Shown: positions 8,485-15,998, counted from the stretch's first letter. The stretch: 33,844 bases of DNA from Schleiferiaceae bacterium (GCA_023260615.1 JALQUY010000001.1:24369-58212), one strand, 5' to 3'. Numbers and translations are program-made. The notes: a model not told the origin generated them from the sequence alone.

Positions 8485-9165
8485 TCAAATAAAGGGAATC
8501 GTCAAAATTCCCAAGACCAAGAGCACTTTGTAGATCCATTGGCGCGTTTGGAGCGCTTTGCGTCCCTCTAAGGGCAGCGTCAGCATGTACTTCCGCTCCC
8601 ATTGTCGCCGCCATTCAATGGCAATCATGACAAGCGCAAGGGGCAAGGATTGCCAAAATCCAGGCGCGGAATCAGGCGCATAGGTGAAGGCCAAAAGCAA
8701 AAGAGGGGTGTACGCCAGCAAGGTGGCCATCAATGGGCCCAAGCGGTGCTGGCCCCATTGCTTATGTGAGTACAACCACACCAGCAAGGCATAGAGCCCA
8801 AAGCCAGCGTCGGCTGGAAAGGGCAAGCCGATCCATGCAGTAACCAGTCCAATGCCATAGAGCCAGGCCGCAATGCGCAAGCCGTACTTCTTGGCCACGG
8901 GGCGCTCAAACAGGGTGCGCCAAGGGCGCTGAACTAAATCGCGTTCGAGGTCGTAAAAGCTATTTATGAGGGTGCCACCGCCCACGATGCCTCCCGTGGC
9001 GAGCAATACCGCAAGCAGTTGAAAATCGGGCATCCAGCCGTCTTCCAATCGGAAGAGAAAATAGTAGGCTACAATTTGGGCAAAGGCCAGAAAGGCCAAG
9101 TGTGTCCATCGAACCAGAGACAGAAAGGCAAGGGCCCGGTGCAGCAGCTTTTGACGTCTGCCCAC
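8485..9165 (-). CDS. UbiA-superfamily prenyltransferase-like membrane protein (short; only the first Asp-rich motif is recognisable)
   Basis: 226-aa ORF with ~7 hydrophobic helices. INSFYDLERDLV fits the NxxxDxxxD first Asp-rich motif of UbiA enzymes. GTG start (9165-9163) lies 4 nt after the upstream stop. The region where a second Asp-rich motif is expected reads IEWRRQWERKY. Confidence 0.6.
   Translation of the reverse strand: MGRRQKLLHRALAFLSLVRWTHLAFLAFAQIVAYYFLFRLEDGWMPDFQLLAVLLATGGIVGGGTLINSFYDLERDLVQRPWRTLFERPVAKKYGLRIAAWLYGIGLVTAWIGLPFPADAGFGLYALLVWLYSHKQWGQHRLGPLMATLLAYTPLLLLAFTYAPDSAPGFWQSLPLALVMIAIEWRRQWERKYMLTLPLEGRKALQTRQWIYKVLLVLGILTIPFI
8487..8512 (-). terminator. Intrinsic-terminator-like hairpin plus T tract embedded in the last nine codons of the UbiA-like gene
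   Basis: The minus strand reads GGGAAT-TTTGACG-ATTCCC followed by TTTATTTGA. That is a 6-bp stem (7 bp with a U-G pair), a 5-7 nt loop and a T-rich tail ending in the stop codon. Confidence 0.35.
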
Positions 9166-9169
9166 GGCG

Positions 9170-10108
9170 TTAGAATCGGAGTACGACGTCCAGCTTATGC
9201 GGCGCCAGGGCTGCCTTGGCTTCGTCCAAATCTTTGGTAAAGCCCAAGATGTAGCCGCCGCCGCCTGAACCGCATAGCTTCAGGTAGTAGGCATTGCTGT
9301 CGATGCCTTTTTGCCACAAGCTGTGGAAGGCGCTGGGAATCATGGGGCTGAAGTGCTCCAAGGCCACGCGGCTCAAACTCTTCAAATTGGTGAACAAAGG
9401 ATCCCAATCGCTCTTGAGGAAGGCCTGAACGCAAGCGTCGTTGTACTTCTTGAACTGCCCACTCATCATCTTACGGAAGCCTTCTTCTTTGAGCTTCTCC
9501 ATAAAGATGTTCACCATGGGCTGTGTTTCGCCTGGATTGCCCGAATTCAGCAAAAAGATAGCTCCCTTGCCTTCGGTGGCTACGGCCGGCATATCCACGG
9601 TGCCCAAATCGTCTTTGGACCGAATCAACAAGGGCAGCTGCAAGTAGCAAATAGTGGGGTCAATGCCCGAACTCTTGCCATGGAAATAGGATTCCATTTG
9701 GCCGAGAGCCTCCTTCAAAGCCGCAATAGCTTTGGGATCCAAGGGCGCATCCAAATTCAAAGGCGCCTTCGCATACTGCGCATAAAGGGCAGCCACCAAG
9801 GCCCCGGAGGAACCCACGCCATAGCCTTGAGGAATGCTGGACTCAAAGTAAAGGCCATTGGCAATGTCGCGGTTGAGCTGGGCCACATTCAAGTCCGCCT
9901 TGAGTTCGCCTGCCAACGAGAGTGTGTGCAGATACTCCGCGTAGGGCTGAAGGGCCTGGTTGGAGAGGCGCTGCGCTTCCGTCAATTCCTCTTCGGGCAA
10001 ATGCAAAGCGCCTGAATAGTTCCGGTAGGGAATAGAGAGGCCCATGGCATCTTTGATGATGCCGTATTCTCCGAAGAGCAAAATTTTAGCGAAGTAGGAT
10101 GGGCGCAT
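9170..10108 (-). CDS. mvk: GHMP-family kinase, mevalonate-kinase-like
   Basis: FAKILLFGEYGIIKD resembles the MVK N-terminal GK(I/V)ILxGEH motif. PQGYGVGSSGALVAAL is the GHMP ATP-binding motif. The track ORF starts at TTG 10147 and overlaps the upstream gene. I prefer ATG 10108-10106 (MRPSYFAKILLFGEY), which lies 13 nt after the upstream stop and gives 312 aa. Confidence 0.7.
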   Translation of the reverse strand: MRPSYFAKILLFGEYGIIKDAMGLSIPYRNYSGALHLPEEELTEAQRLSNQALQPYAEYLHTLSLAGELKADLNVAQLNRDIANGLYFESSIPQGYGVGSSGALVAALYAQYAKAPLNLDAPLDPKAIAALKEALGQMESYFHGKSSGIDPTICYLQLPLLIRSKDDLGTVDMPAVATEGKGAIFLLNSGNPGETQPMVNIFMEKLKEEGFRKMMSGQFKKYNDACVQAFLKSDWDPLFTNLKSLSRVALEHFSPMIPSAFHSLWQKGIDSNAYYLKLCGSGGGGYILGFTKDLDEAKAALAPHKLDVVLRF

Positions 10109-10121
10109 GGGTAGTTTGGTG

Positions 10122-11141
10122 TTACAAAGGTACTGGTCCTGAGCCAACTCGGTCTGTCACAAATTGACCGTTTTTAGCAAAAGGTGCCAGTACATCCGTA
10201 ACAAAAGGCATGGCGCTTTGTTCGGCCGAAGCAGGGAAAAGCACATGCACATTGGCGCCCGCATCCAAGGTGAAGCCAATCGGAGTCCCTGTTTCCAGGC
10301 GGAAGCGACGGATCGCCTCCAGGATGGCTAAGGTATTGGGGCGCATCAAAATGTAGCTCGGATTGGAGCTCATCATCAGCCCATGCAGGGTGAGGGCTTC
10401 ATTTTCGACCAAATCCAAGAAGGCAGGCAAATCGCCGGTAGCCAAAATGGACTCCAAGGCTTTCATGTGGGCATGCGCCTGCGCAAAACGCTGTTGCGCA
10501 AAGGGATGTCCGTCCATCAAGGCGTGGCCGGCTGTGCTGCTGACCGCCTTTTGACCGACGTCCACCAACACCACTATGTCGCGGAAGTCCTGGAAGACAG
10601 GATGCACCGCATGGGGGTAGGAAATCGCGTATTCGTCGTGGCTGCCCGGAACGGAAGGGGTCTCGCCCCATACCACCAAACCGCCATAGAGGGATCGGCT
10701 GGCACTTCCAGAACCTAGCCGAGCCAAAATTGACGCCTCGCGGCGCACATCGGCCTCAGGGAGGGCATGGCCCAGAGCTTGGGCGGCATCTACCACACAC
10801 AAGGCCAATGCGCTGAGGCCGGAGGCGGAGGAGGCAATACCGCTCGAGTGCGGAAAGCTGTTAAAGGTGTCCACGGTCAAGCGGTACTCCGCTAACCAGG
10901 GATGGCGGTGCTGGATGCGGCCTATGAACTGCTCAATCTTGGGGACAAAGCTGGGGGTATCTACGCCGTTGAGCAGCACGTGGACGCCGCTGCCTGCCTC
11001 AAAGGTGGCGCGGGTCTGGGTATGGCAGGCGTCGAGCGTAAAGCTGATGGACGGATTGGAGGGCAGTTGAGGGTCGCGCTTGCCCCAGTACTTGACGAGC
11101 GCAATGTTTGATGGACTCTGCCACCCAAAGGTCATACTCAT
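10122..11141 (-). CDS. mvaD: Diphosphomevalonate decarboxylase (GHMP superfamily)
   Basis: SPSNIALVKYWGKRDPQLPSNPSISFTL and LGSGSASRS match MDD signatures. The track ORF (to 11486) has a 115-aa Arg/Pro/Gly-rich extension overlapping fabD. ATG 11141-11139 forms an ATGA overlap with the fabD stop and gives 339 aa. From sequence alone I cannot separate diphospho- from monophospho-mevalonate specificity. Confidence 0.85.
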   Translation of the reverse strand: MSMTFGWQSPSNIALVKYWGKRDPQLPSNPSISFTLDACHTQTRATFEAGSGVHVLLNGVDTPSFVPKIEQFIGRIQHRHPWLAEYRLTVDTFNSFPHSSGIASSASGLSALALCVVDAAQALGHALPEADVRREASILARLGSGSASRSLYGGLVVWGETPSVPGSHDEYAISYPHAVHPVFQDFRDIVVLVDVGQKAVSSTAGHALMDGHPFAQQRFAQAHAHMKALESILATGDLPAFLDLVENEALTLHGLMMSSNPSYILMRPNTLAILEAIRRFRLETGTPIGFTLDAGANVHVLFPASAEQSAMPFVTDVLAPFAKNGQFVTDRVGSGPVPL

Positions 11142-12004
11142 GCGGAAACGGCTTCGGCTTCGGGAGCAATTTTCTTGACCATGCCTTGGAGGGCGCGGCC
11201 AGGACCGACTTCGTAGAAATGCGTAGCGCCTGCCGCGACCATAGCTTGCACCGTTTGCGTCCATTTGACGGATCCGGTCAACTGCGCTTTGAGATTGGCC
11301 CGAATTTCCTCGGGGTCCGTCACAGGTGCTGCGACTACATTTTGGTAGACGGGACATCGTGGGGTTTGGAAGGTGACCGCGTCGAGGGCCGCAGCCAACT
11401 GCTCGCCGGCGGGCGCCATCAAGGGGCTGTGGAAGGCACCGCCCACGGGAAGGAGGAGGGCGCGTTTCGCTCCCGCTTCCTTGCAAGCCTCACAGGCGGC
11501 TTCTACCGCGGCCGTCGCGCCTGAAATGACCAATTGGCCGGGGGTGTTGTAGTTGGCGGGGACGACCAATCCAGGCGTGTCCGCACAAATCTTTTCGACC
11601 ACTGCATCGTCTAAGCCGAGGATGGCGGCCATGGTGGAGGGCTCTGCTTCACAGGCGGCTTGCATGCCCAGAGCGCGCTGGGACACGAGGCGCATGCCAT
11701 CCTCAAAGGACAGGGCACCTGCGGCGACCAAGGCAGAAAATTCGCCCAGAGAGTGACCCGCAACCATGTCGGGTTGGAAGGCCTCGCCCAGACTGAAGGC
11801 CTTGGCGACGGAATGCAAAAAGATGGCGGGTTGGGTGACCTTCGTCTGCGTCAGATCCTCCATAGTCCCTTCGAACATGATGGACGCCAAGTCAAAGCCT
11901 AAAATGGCGTTGGCCTGGTCAAAAAGGTCTTTGTGAGCCTCGTAGAGGTCTTGGCCCATGCCGGGGCTCTGGGCACCTTGGCCCGGGAAGATGTATGCGT
12001 TCAT
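11138..12004 (-). CDS. fabD: Malonyl-CoA:ACP transacylase
   Basis: 288 aa. IFPGQGAQSPGMG and the active-site GHSLGEFSALVAAG motifs are present. ATGA overlaps at both ends. Confidence 0.9.
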   Translation of the reverse strand: MNAYIFPGQGAQSPGMGQDLYEAHKDLFDQANAILGFDLASIMFEGTMEDLTQTKVTQPAIFLHSVAKAFSLGEAFQPDMVAGHSLGEFSALVAAGALSFEDGMRLVSQRALGMQAACEAEPSTMAAILGLDDAVVEKICADTPGLVVPANYNTPGQLVISGATAAVEAACEACKEAGAKRALLLPVGGAFHSPLMAPAGEQLAAALDAVTFQTPRCPVYQNVVAAPVTDPEEIRANLKAQLTGSVKWTQTVQAMVAAGATHFYEVGPGRALQGMVKKIAPEAEAVSA

Positions 12005-12414
12005 GCTCCGAAGTATTCGACAAAGTTGTTTTCTGTCTCGATGATGCGAATGCCATGCAGGATGGCTCCTTTAGCGGCAATAGCGGGCGCCAAACGCTCC
12101 CAAAAAGCGATGGCCAAATTCTCCGTGGAGGGCATAATACCCTTCAGAAAGGGGACGTCCTCGTTGAGGTTTCGGTGATCTACGTGTTCAATCACCTCGC
12201 GCTGCATAATTTCTTTCAGGTCCACCAAATTCATGACAAAGCCGGTATCCGGGTTTACCGTTCCCTTAACCGTAACAATGAGCTGAAAGTTGTGGCCATG
12301 GCCGTAGCGGTTGGAACATTTTCCAAAGACCGCCTCATTTTGGTCCTCCGACCAAGCGGCATTGTACAAGCGGTGGGAGGCGCTAAACGTCTCCCTGCGT
12401 TGAATGTACACCAT
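12001..12414 (-). CDS. 6-pyruvoyl-tetrahydropterin / 6-carboxytetrahydropterin synthase (PTPS/QueD family)
   Basis: 137 aa. FSASHRL...VFGKCSNRYGHGHNFQLIVTVKG...DTGFVMNLVDLK...DHRNLNEDVPF...STENLA is collinear with animal-type PTPS, including the catalytic Cys and Zn-binding His residues. Confidence 0.85.
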   Translation of the reverse strand: MVYIQRRETFSASHRLYNAAWSEDQNEAVFGKCSNRYGHGHNFQLIVTVKGTVNPDTGFVMNLVDLKEIMQREVIEHVDHRNLNEDVPFLKGIMPSTENLAIAFWERLAPAIAAKGAILHGIRIIETENNFVEYFGA

Positions 12415-12426
12415 GTCTGTACTCGA

Positions 12427-12831
12427 TTATTCTGCCAGGGTAGGACGCGCGTTGGCCTCTACGGGAGCAGGAAGGGCTTGAAGGCTCAAAAGCATGGATT
12501 TCACGGCACCTTCTTCTTCCAAACGGTAGGAAATCAACGCTTGATTGGGTGCAAAGGCCAATGAGGGCGTGACAATCTGAATACCAAAGGAAGCATAGCC
12601 CTTAGTGTTCAAAACATTGCGCTTGCCAGATTCGTCGGTCAAGCGGAACGAACCTGAGGCCCACTGGGCGCCATCCGTCAATTGAACGTCAACCACTTCC
12701 ATGTACTGGTTAGCGGCTTTGGTAACTACCGCGCTATACTGGGTAGCAGACTTCTGCGAAATCGTTGCTTTTGGAGCGGAACAGGCAGCCAAAGACACGG
12801 CAACCACGAGCAAAGAGGCCCACTTTTTCAT
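12427..12831 (-). CDS. Hypothetical lipoprotein
   Basis: 134 aa. MKKWASLLVVAVSLAAC has a signal peptide plus lipobox Cys. I recognise no family. Confidence 0.6.
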   Translation of the reverse strand: MKKWASLLVVAVSLAACSAPKATISQKSATQYSAVVTKAANQYMEVVDVQLTDGAQWASGSFRLTDESGKRNVLNTKGYASFGIQIVTPSLAFAPNQALISYRLEEEGAVKSMLLSLQALPAPVEANARPTLAE

Positions 12832-12877
12832 AATATCAAGTATTTAGGGCAAAGGTCGGAAAAAGGCGGGAAAGAAC

Positions 12878-13651
12878 CTACCAACTGCCGCTGGCGCCGC
12901 CGCCGCCGCCCATGCCGCCTCCGAAGCCGCCAAAACCGCCGCCTCCGAAGCCACCGCCACCGCCGAATCCGCCTCCGAATCCGCCGCGGTAGTAGCCACC
13001 GCCCATAGGACCCACCCAGTAGCCGCGGCCGCCTCCAAAACCGCCGCCCATGCCGGTTCCGCCGTTGCGTTTAACCAGCATCATGACGATCAGAGCTACG
13101 AGCAAGATGAACAAAATGGACCGTTTTTTCCGGGCGTCGTCGTCGGTACGTGCTACCGCATCAAATTGCCCGGAGAGCAGTTGGGCCATTTGGGTGGCCA
13201 TTTCCGATAAGCCCGCTTCGTAGGCCCCCTCGCGGAAAGCCGGCACTAATACCTCTTGGATCAGTCGACTGCATTGAAAGTCTGTGAGGGTAGCTTCTAC
13301 GCCATAGCCGGTTGAAATGGCCATTTTGCGATCTCCCAATGCGATCAAAACCAAAACCCCGTTGTCTTCCCCTGCCTGGCCAATGCCCCATTCGGTCAAG
13401 GTCTTGGCCGCCGCGAAGTTGATGTCATCGGCACAAGATTCCACAAAGAGCACGGCAATTTGCGTGGAGGTGGAGTCGTTGATGGCCTGAAGAACGGCCT
13501 CCAGCTGCGCTTCCTCGCCCGCGTTGAAGAGGGTGGACGCTTCTATGCCTTGGAAGGTCACGAGCCCTTCGCGAACCTCGGGTTTGGGGTAGGGCTGTGC
13601 GTGAAGCACAAGGCTCAGCGCCCAAAACAGGAAAAGAAGGGTTTGACGCAT
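12878..13651 (-). CDS. TPM-domain protein (YgcG-like): signal peptide, TPM domain, TM helix and Gly-rich C-terminal tail
   Basis: 257 aa. It has an N-terminal signal peptide and a TPM-like core (QIAVLFVES...WGIGQAGEDNGVLVLIALGDRKMAISTGYGVE). A TM helix (ILFILLVALIVMMLV) is followed by GGGFGGGRGYW...GGFGGGFGGGGGFGGGGFGGFGGGMGGGGGASGSW. Confidence 0.8.
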   Translation of the reverse strand: MRQTLLFLFWALSLVLHAQPYPKPEVREGLVTFQGIEASTLFNAGEEAQLEAVLQAINDSTSTQIAVLFVESCADDINFAAAKTLTEWGIGQAGEDNGVLVLIALGDRKMAISTGYGVEATLTDFQCSRLIQEVLVPAFREGAYEAGLSEMATQMAQLLSGQFDAVARTDDDARKKRSILFILLVALIVMMLVKRNGGTGMGGGFGGGRGYWVGPMGGGYYRGGFGGGFGGGGGFGGGGFGGFGGGMGGGGGASGSW

Positions 13652-14085
13652 CAGGCGGAGGTGCTGATTTCGTCCGAAAGTTCATTGACGTCCGCGTCGC
13701 CCGCATGCGGAAAATGCGTGGCCAAAGCTTCGCCAGCCTGTGCAATGCCCGAACACAGTGCCGCCACCCAGTCTCCCGCTTGGAGCTGTGGTTTCATCGC
13801 ATCTCGTACCCCTTCCCAGTAGGCTTGTCCCACTTTCTCGTGAATGCCTTGGTCGCCCAAAATGGCGTACTGGTGGCTGTCCACGGCGAGGTAAAACAAG
13901 ATGCCGTTGCGCAATGCGGTTTTGTGCATGCCCAATTTCTGGAACCAGTACCGCGCTTCCACGAGCGCATCGCGGGTGCAGGTACTTGCAATGTGCACGC
14001 GGATTTCGCCCGAACAGGCTTTTTCAGCCGAAGAAATGGCCGCTTGCAGCGCTGTTTGCTGCTCGGCGCTTAGGAGTTCCTTCAT
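13651..14085 (-). CDS. TPM-domain protein (TLP18.3/Psb32/MOLO-1 fold), no signal peptide
   Basis: 144 aa. EIRVHIAS...NGILFYLAVDSHQYAILGDQGIHEKV is typical of the small cytoplasmic-type TPM proteins found beside LemA. There is an ATGA overlap with lemA and a TGATG overlap with the next gene. Confidence 0.75.
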   Translation of the reverse strand: MKELLSAEQQTALQAAISSAEKACSGEIRVHIASTCTRDALVEARYWFQKLGMHKTALRNGILFYLAVDSHQYAILGDQGIHEKVGQAYWEGVRDAMKPQLQAGDWVAALCSGIAQAGEALATHFPHAGDADVNELSDEISTSA

Positions 14086-14675
14086 TCAAACGAAACTTCG
14101 GGGGCAGCCTCGGCGCCCTGTTCCGCTTCAAAGTAGCCACGGGCTTCAAAGCCCCCCATGCCCGCAATAATGGAGGCCGGAATGCGCTTGATCGCACTGT
14201 TGTATTCCTTGGTCGCAGTATTAAAGCGGTCGCGCTCCACATTGATGCGGTTTTCCGTGCCTTCGAGCTGGTTTTGCAGGGCCAAGAAATTCTGGTTGGC
14301 TTTGAGATCAGGATAGCGCTCCACGGTCACGAGCAAGCGGTCCAAAGACCCCTTGAGGGCGCCCTGCGCTTTTTGGAAGGCTGCGATGTTCTCGGGGCTC
14401 AAGTCGGCGGCGCTGAGGTTTACGGAGGTAGCGTTGGCGCGGGCCTCAATCACTGCGGTAAGCGTCTCCTGCTCAAAGTCCGCATAGCCCTTCACGGTAG
14501 ACACCAAATTGGGGATGAGGTCGGCCCGGCGCTGGTAGGCACTCTGAACATTGGCCCATTGGCCTTCAATGTTTTCGTTGAGGGTAACAAAGCGGTTGTT
14601 GGTGCTCACACCCCACATAATAAGGCCTAAGACAAAGGCGGCAATCGCCAGAACTACGATGGTAGAACGTTTCAT
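14082..14675 (-). CDS. lemA: LemA family protein
   Basis: 197 aa with an N-terminal TM anchor. WANVQSAYQRRADLIPNLV...RYPDLKANQNFLALQNQLEGTENRI...R..FN is characteristic of LemA. Confidence 0.9.
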   Translation of the reverse strand: MKRSTIVVLAIAAFVLGLIMWGVSTNNRFVTLNENIEGQWANVQSAYQRRADLIPNLVSTVKGYADFEQETLTAVIEARANATSVNLSAADLSPENIAAFQKAQGALKGSLDRLLVTVERYPDLKANQNFLALQNQLEGTENRINVERDRFNTATKEYNSAIKRIPASIIAGMGGFEARGYFEAEQGAEAAPEVSFE

Positions 14676-15019
14676 TTTAAAGAATCGAGTTGTTTTTTGA
14701 GGGACTCCATGTCCGCCTTAATCTTTAGCAAACGCCGTACCACATCTTCGTTGTTCGCGGTATCTGCGGGGTTGTCCTTGTACTTTTTGCGGGCGCCTTT
14801 GAGGGTGAAGCCGCGTTCTTTCACCAAATGGTAAATCTGCCGAATGAGCTCCATGTTCTCCGGCGTGTACTTGCGGACGCCCCGCTCGTTCTTTTTGGGG
14901 CTGAGTTCGGGAAATTCTTTCTCCCAAAAGCGCAAGGCGGAAGTGTTGATCTCAAAAATCTCAGCGACTTCTCCGATGCTGTAGTAGCGTTTGGTCCATT
15001 CGGACGGAATGTTCGGCAT
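14672..15019 (-). CDS. MerR-family HTH transcriptional regulator (short; HTH plus C-terminal coiled coil, no obvious effector domain)
   Basis: YYSIGEVAEIFEINTSALRFWEKEF is a MerR-type HTH. The track start at 15028 is TTG. I prefer ATG 15019-15017 (MPNIPSEW), which lies 1 nt after the M23 stop and gives 115 aa. Confidence 0.8.
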   Translation of the reverse strand: MPNIPSEWTKRYYSIGEVAEIFEINTSALRFWEKEFPELSPKKNERGVRKYTPENMELIRQIYHLVKERGFTLKGARKKYKDNPADTANNEDVVRRLLKIKADMESLKKQLDSLK

Positions 15020-15020
15020 C

Positions 15021-15998
15021 TTAGTCAAAGCTTTGGTTAGACGAAGCGGCTGCCTTCACGAGTGCGTCGTATTCGGCAGGGGTCAATTCGTTAAAGAAGT
15101 AGTTAATGGGATTCACGCGCTTGCCGTTCCGAATGACCTCATAGTGCAAGTGCGGCGCCGTGGATCGCCCCGTGTTGCCCACGTAGCCGATCAAATCACC
15201 GCGCTTGACTTTTTGCCCCCGACGCTTGACGACGCGGTCCATGTGCGCGTACAGGGTGTGGTAGCCAAAGCCGTGGGAAATGGTCAAATGCTTGCCAAAA
15301 CCTCGGCCTCCGTACACGTCATTGGAAATGATGGTGCCGTCTGCCGTGGCATAAATGGGCGTGCCTTTCTTGGCCGTAAAGTCTACACCCGCGTGCATTT
15401 TGCGCACTTTAAAAATGGGGTGGACACGGTAGCCAAAGCCTGAGGAGAAACGCACGCCTGCACGCACCTTCACGGGGCGGATGGCGGGAAGAGCATTCAT
15501 GAGGGCCTCTTTATTGGTGGCCATCTTGGCGAGTTCGTCGAGGCTTTCCGATTGCACAGCAATGCGCTTGGTCAGTTCATCCACTTTGCGAGCGGTGCGT
15601 TCCAACAAGGCTGCGTTGGACAAACCTCGAATGGCCTCGTAGCGTTCCGCAGCGCCCCCAATGCTGGAGAGGCGAAGCTCGTCCGCCAAAGGTTCGGATT
15701 CAAAAACGACGCGGTAGACCTCGTCGTCGCGCTGTTCCATATCGCCCATTACGAGAGAAAGCTCGTCAATTCGGTCGTTGAGCTGCTCGTAGGTGAGCAA
15801 TACTTCATTCAATTCGCGCTTGAGCGCCTTCTCCTTGGGGGAGTCCAAAACCGATTCCAGCACGAAGAAAAACACAATGCCCAGCAATGCGGAGGCCAGC
15901 AAAAAGAGGCTGGTATCGCGCAAACGATGGCGCCATGTGCGCTCCACTTTGTGGTACGCCAGGGTCAAGGGGTCATATATATACTTCGTCTTCCGCAT
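15021..15998 (-). CDS. M23-family (LytM-domain) metallopeptidase with N-terminal TM helix and coiled coil
   Basis: HAGVDFTAKKGTPIYATADG and GNTGRSTAPHLHYEV are the HxxxD and HxH Zn motifs. The true start is ATG 15998-15996 (MRKTKYIYDPL, 325 aa). The 317-aa N-terminal extension in the track ORF is antisense to alaS. Confidence 0.85.
   Translation of the reverse strand: MRKTKYIYDPLTLAYHKVERTWRHRLRDTSLFLLASALLGIVFFFVLESVLDSPKEKALKRELNEVLLTYEQLNDRIDELSLVMGDMEQRDDEVYRVVFESEPLADELRLSSIGGAAERYEAIRGLSNAALLERTARKVDELTKRIAVQSESLDELAKMATNKEALMNALPAIRPVKVRAGVRFSSGFGYRVHPIFKVRKMHAGVDFTAKKGTPIYATADGTIISNDVYGGRGFGKHLTISHGFGYHTLYAHMDRVVKRRGQKVKRGDLIGYVGNTGRSTAPHLHYEVIRNGKRVNPINYFFNELTPAEYDALVKAAASSNQSFD

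Noticed and set aside
11142-11486. The 115-aa N-terminal extension of the decarboxylase ORF, overlapping fabD.
   Set aside because: The extension is Arg/Pro/Gly/Ser-rich out-of-frame translation of the fabD 3' end. The conserved decarboxylase N-terminus (SPSNIALVKYWGKRD) begins right after ATG 11141, which forms an ATGA junction with the fabD stop.
13740-14630. A 296-aa + strand ORF antisense to the TPM and LemA genes, and a 308-aa minus-strand ORF (29316-30242) antisense to the E2 gene.
   Set aside because: These are shadow ORFs opposite well-supported genes. They are Arg/Cys/Gly-rich with no family resemblance.
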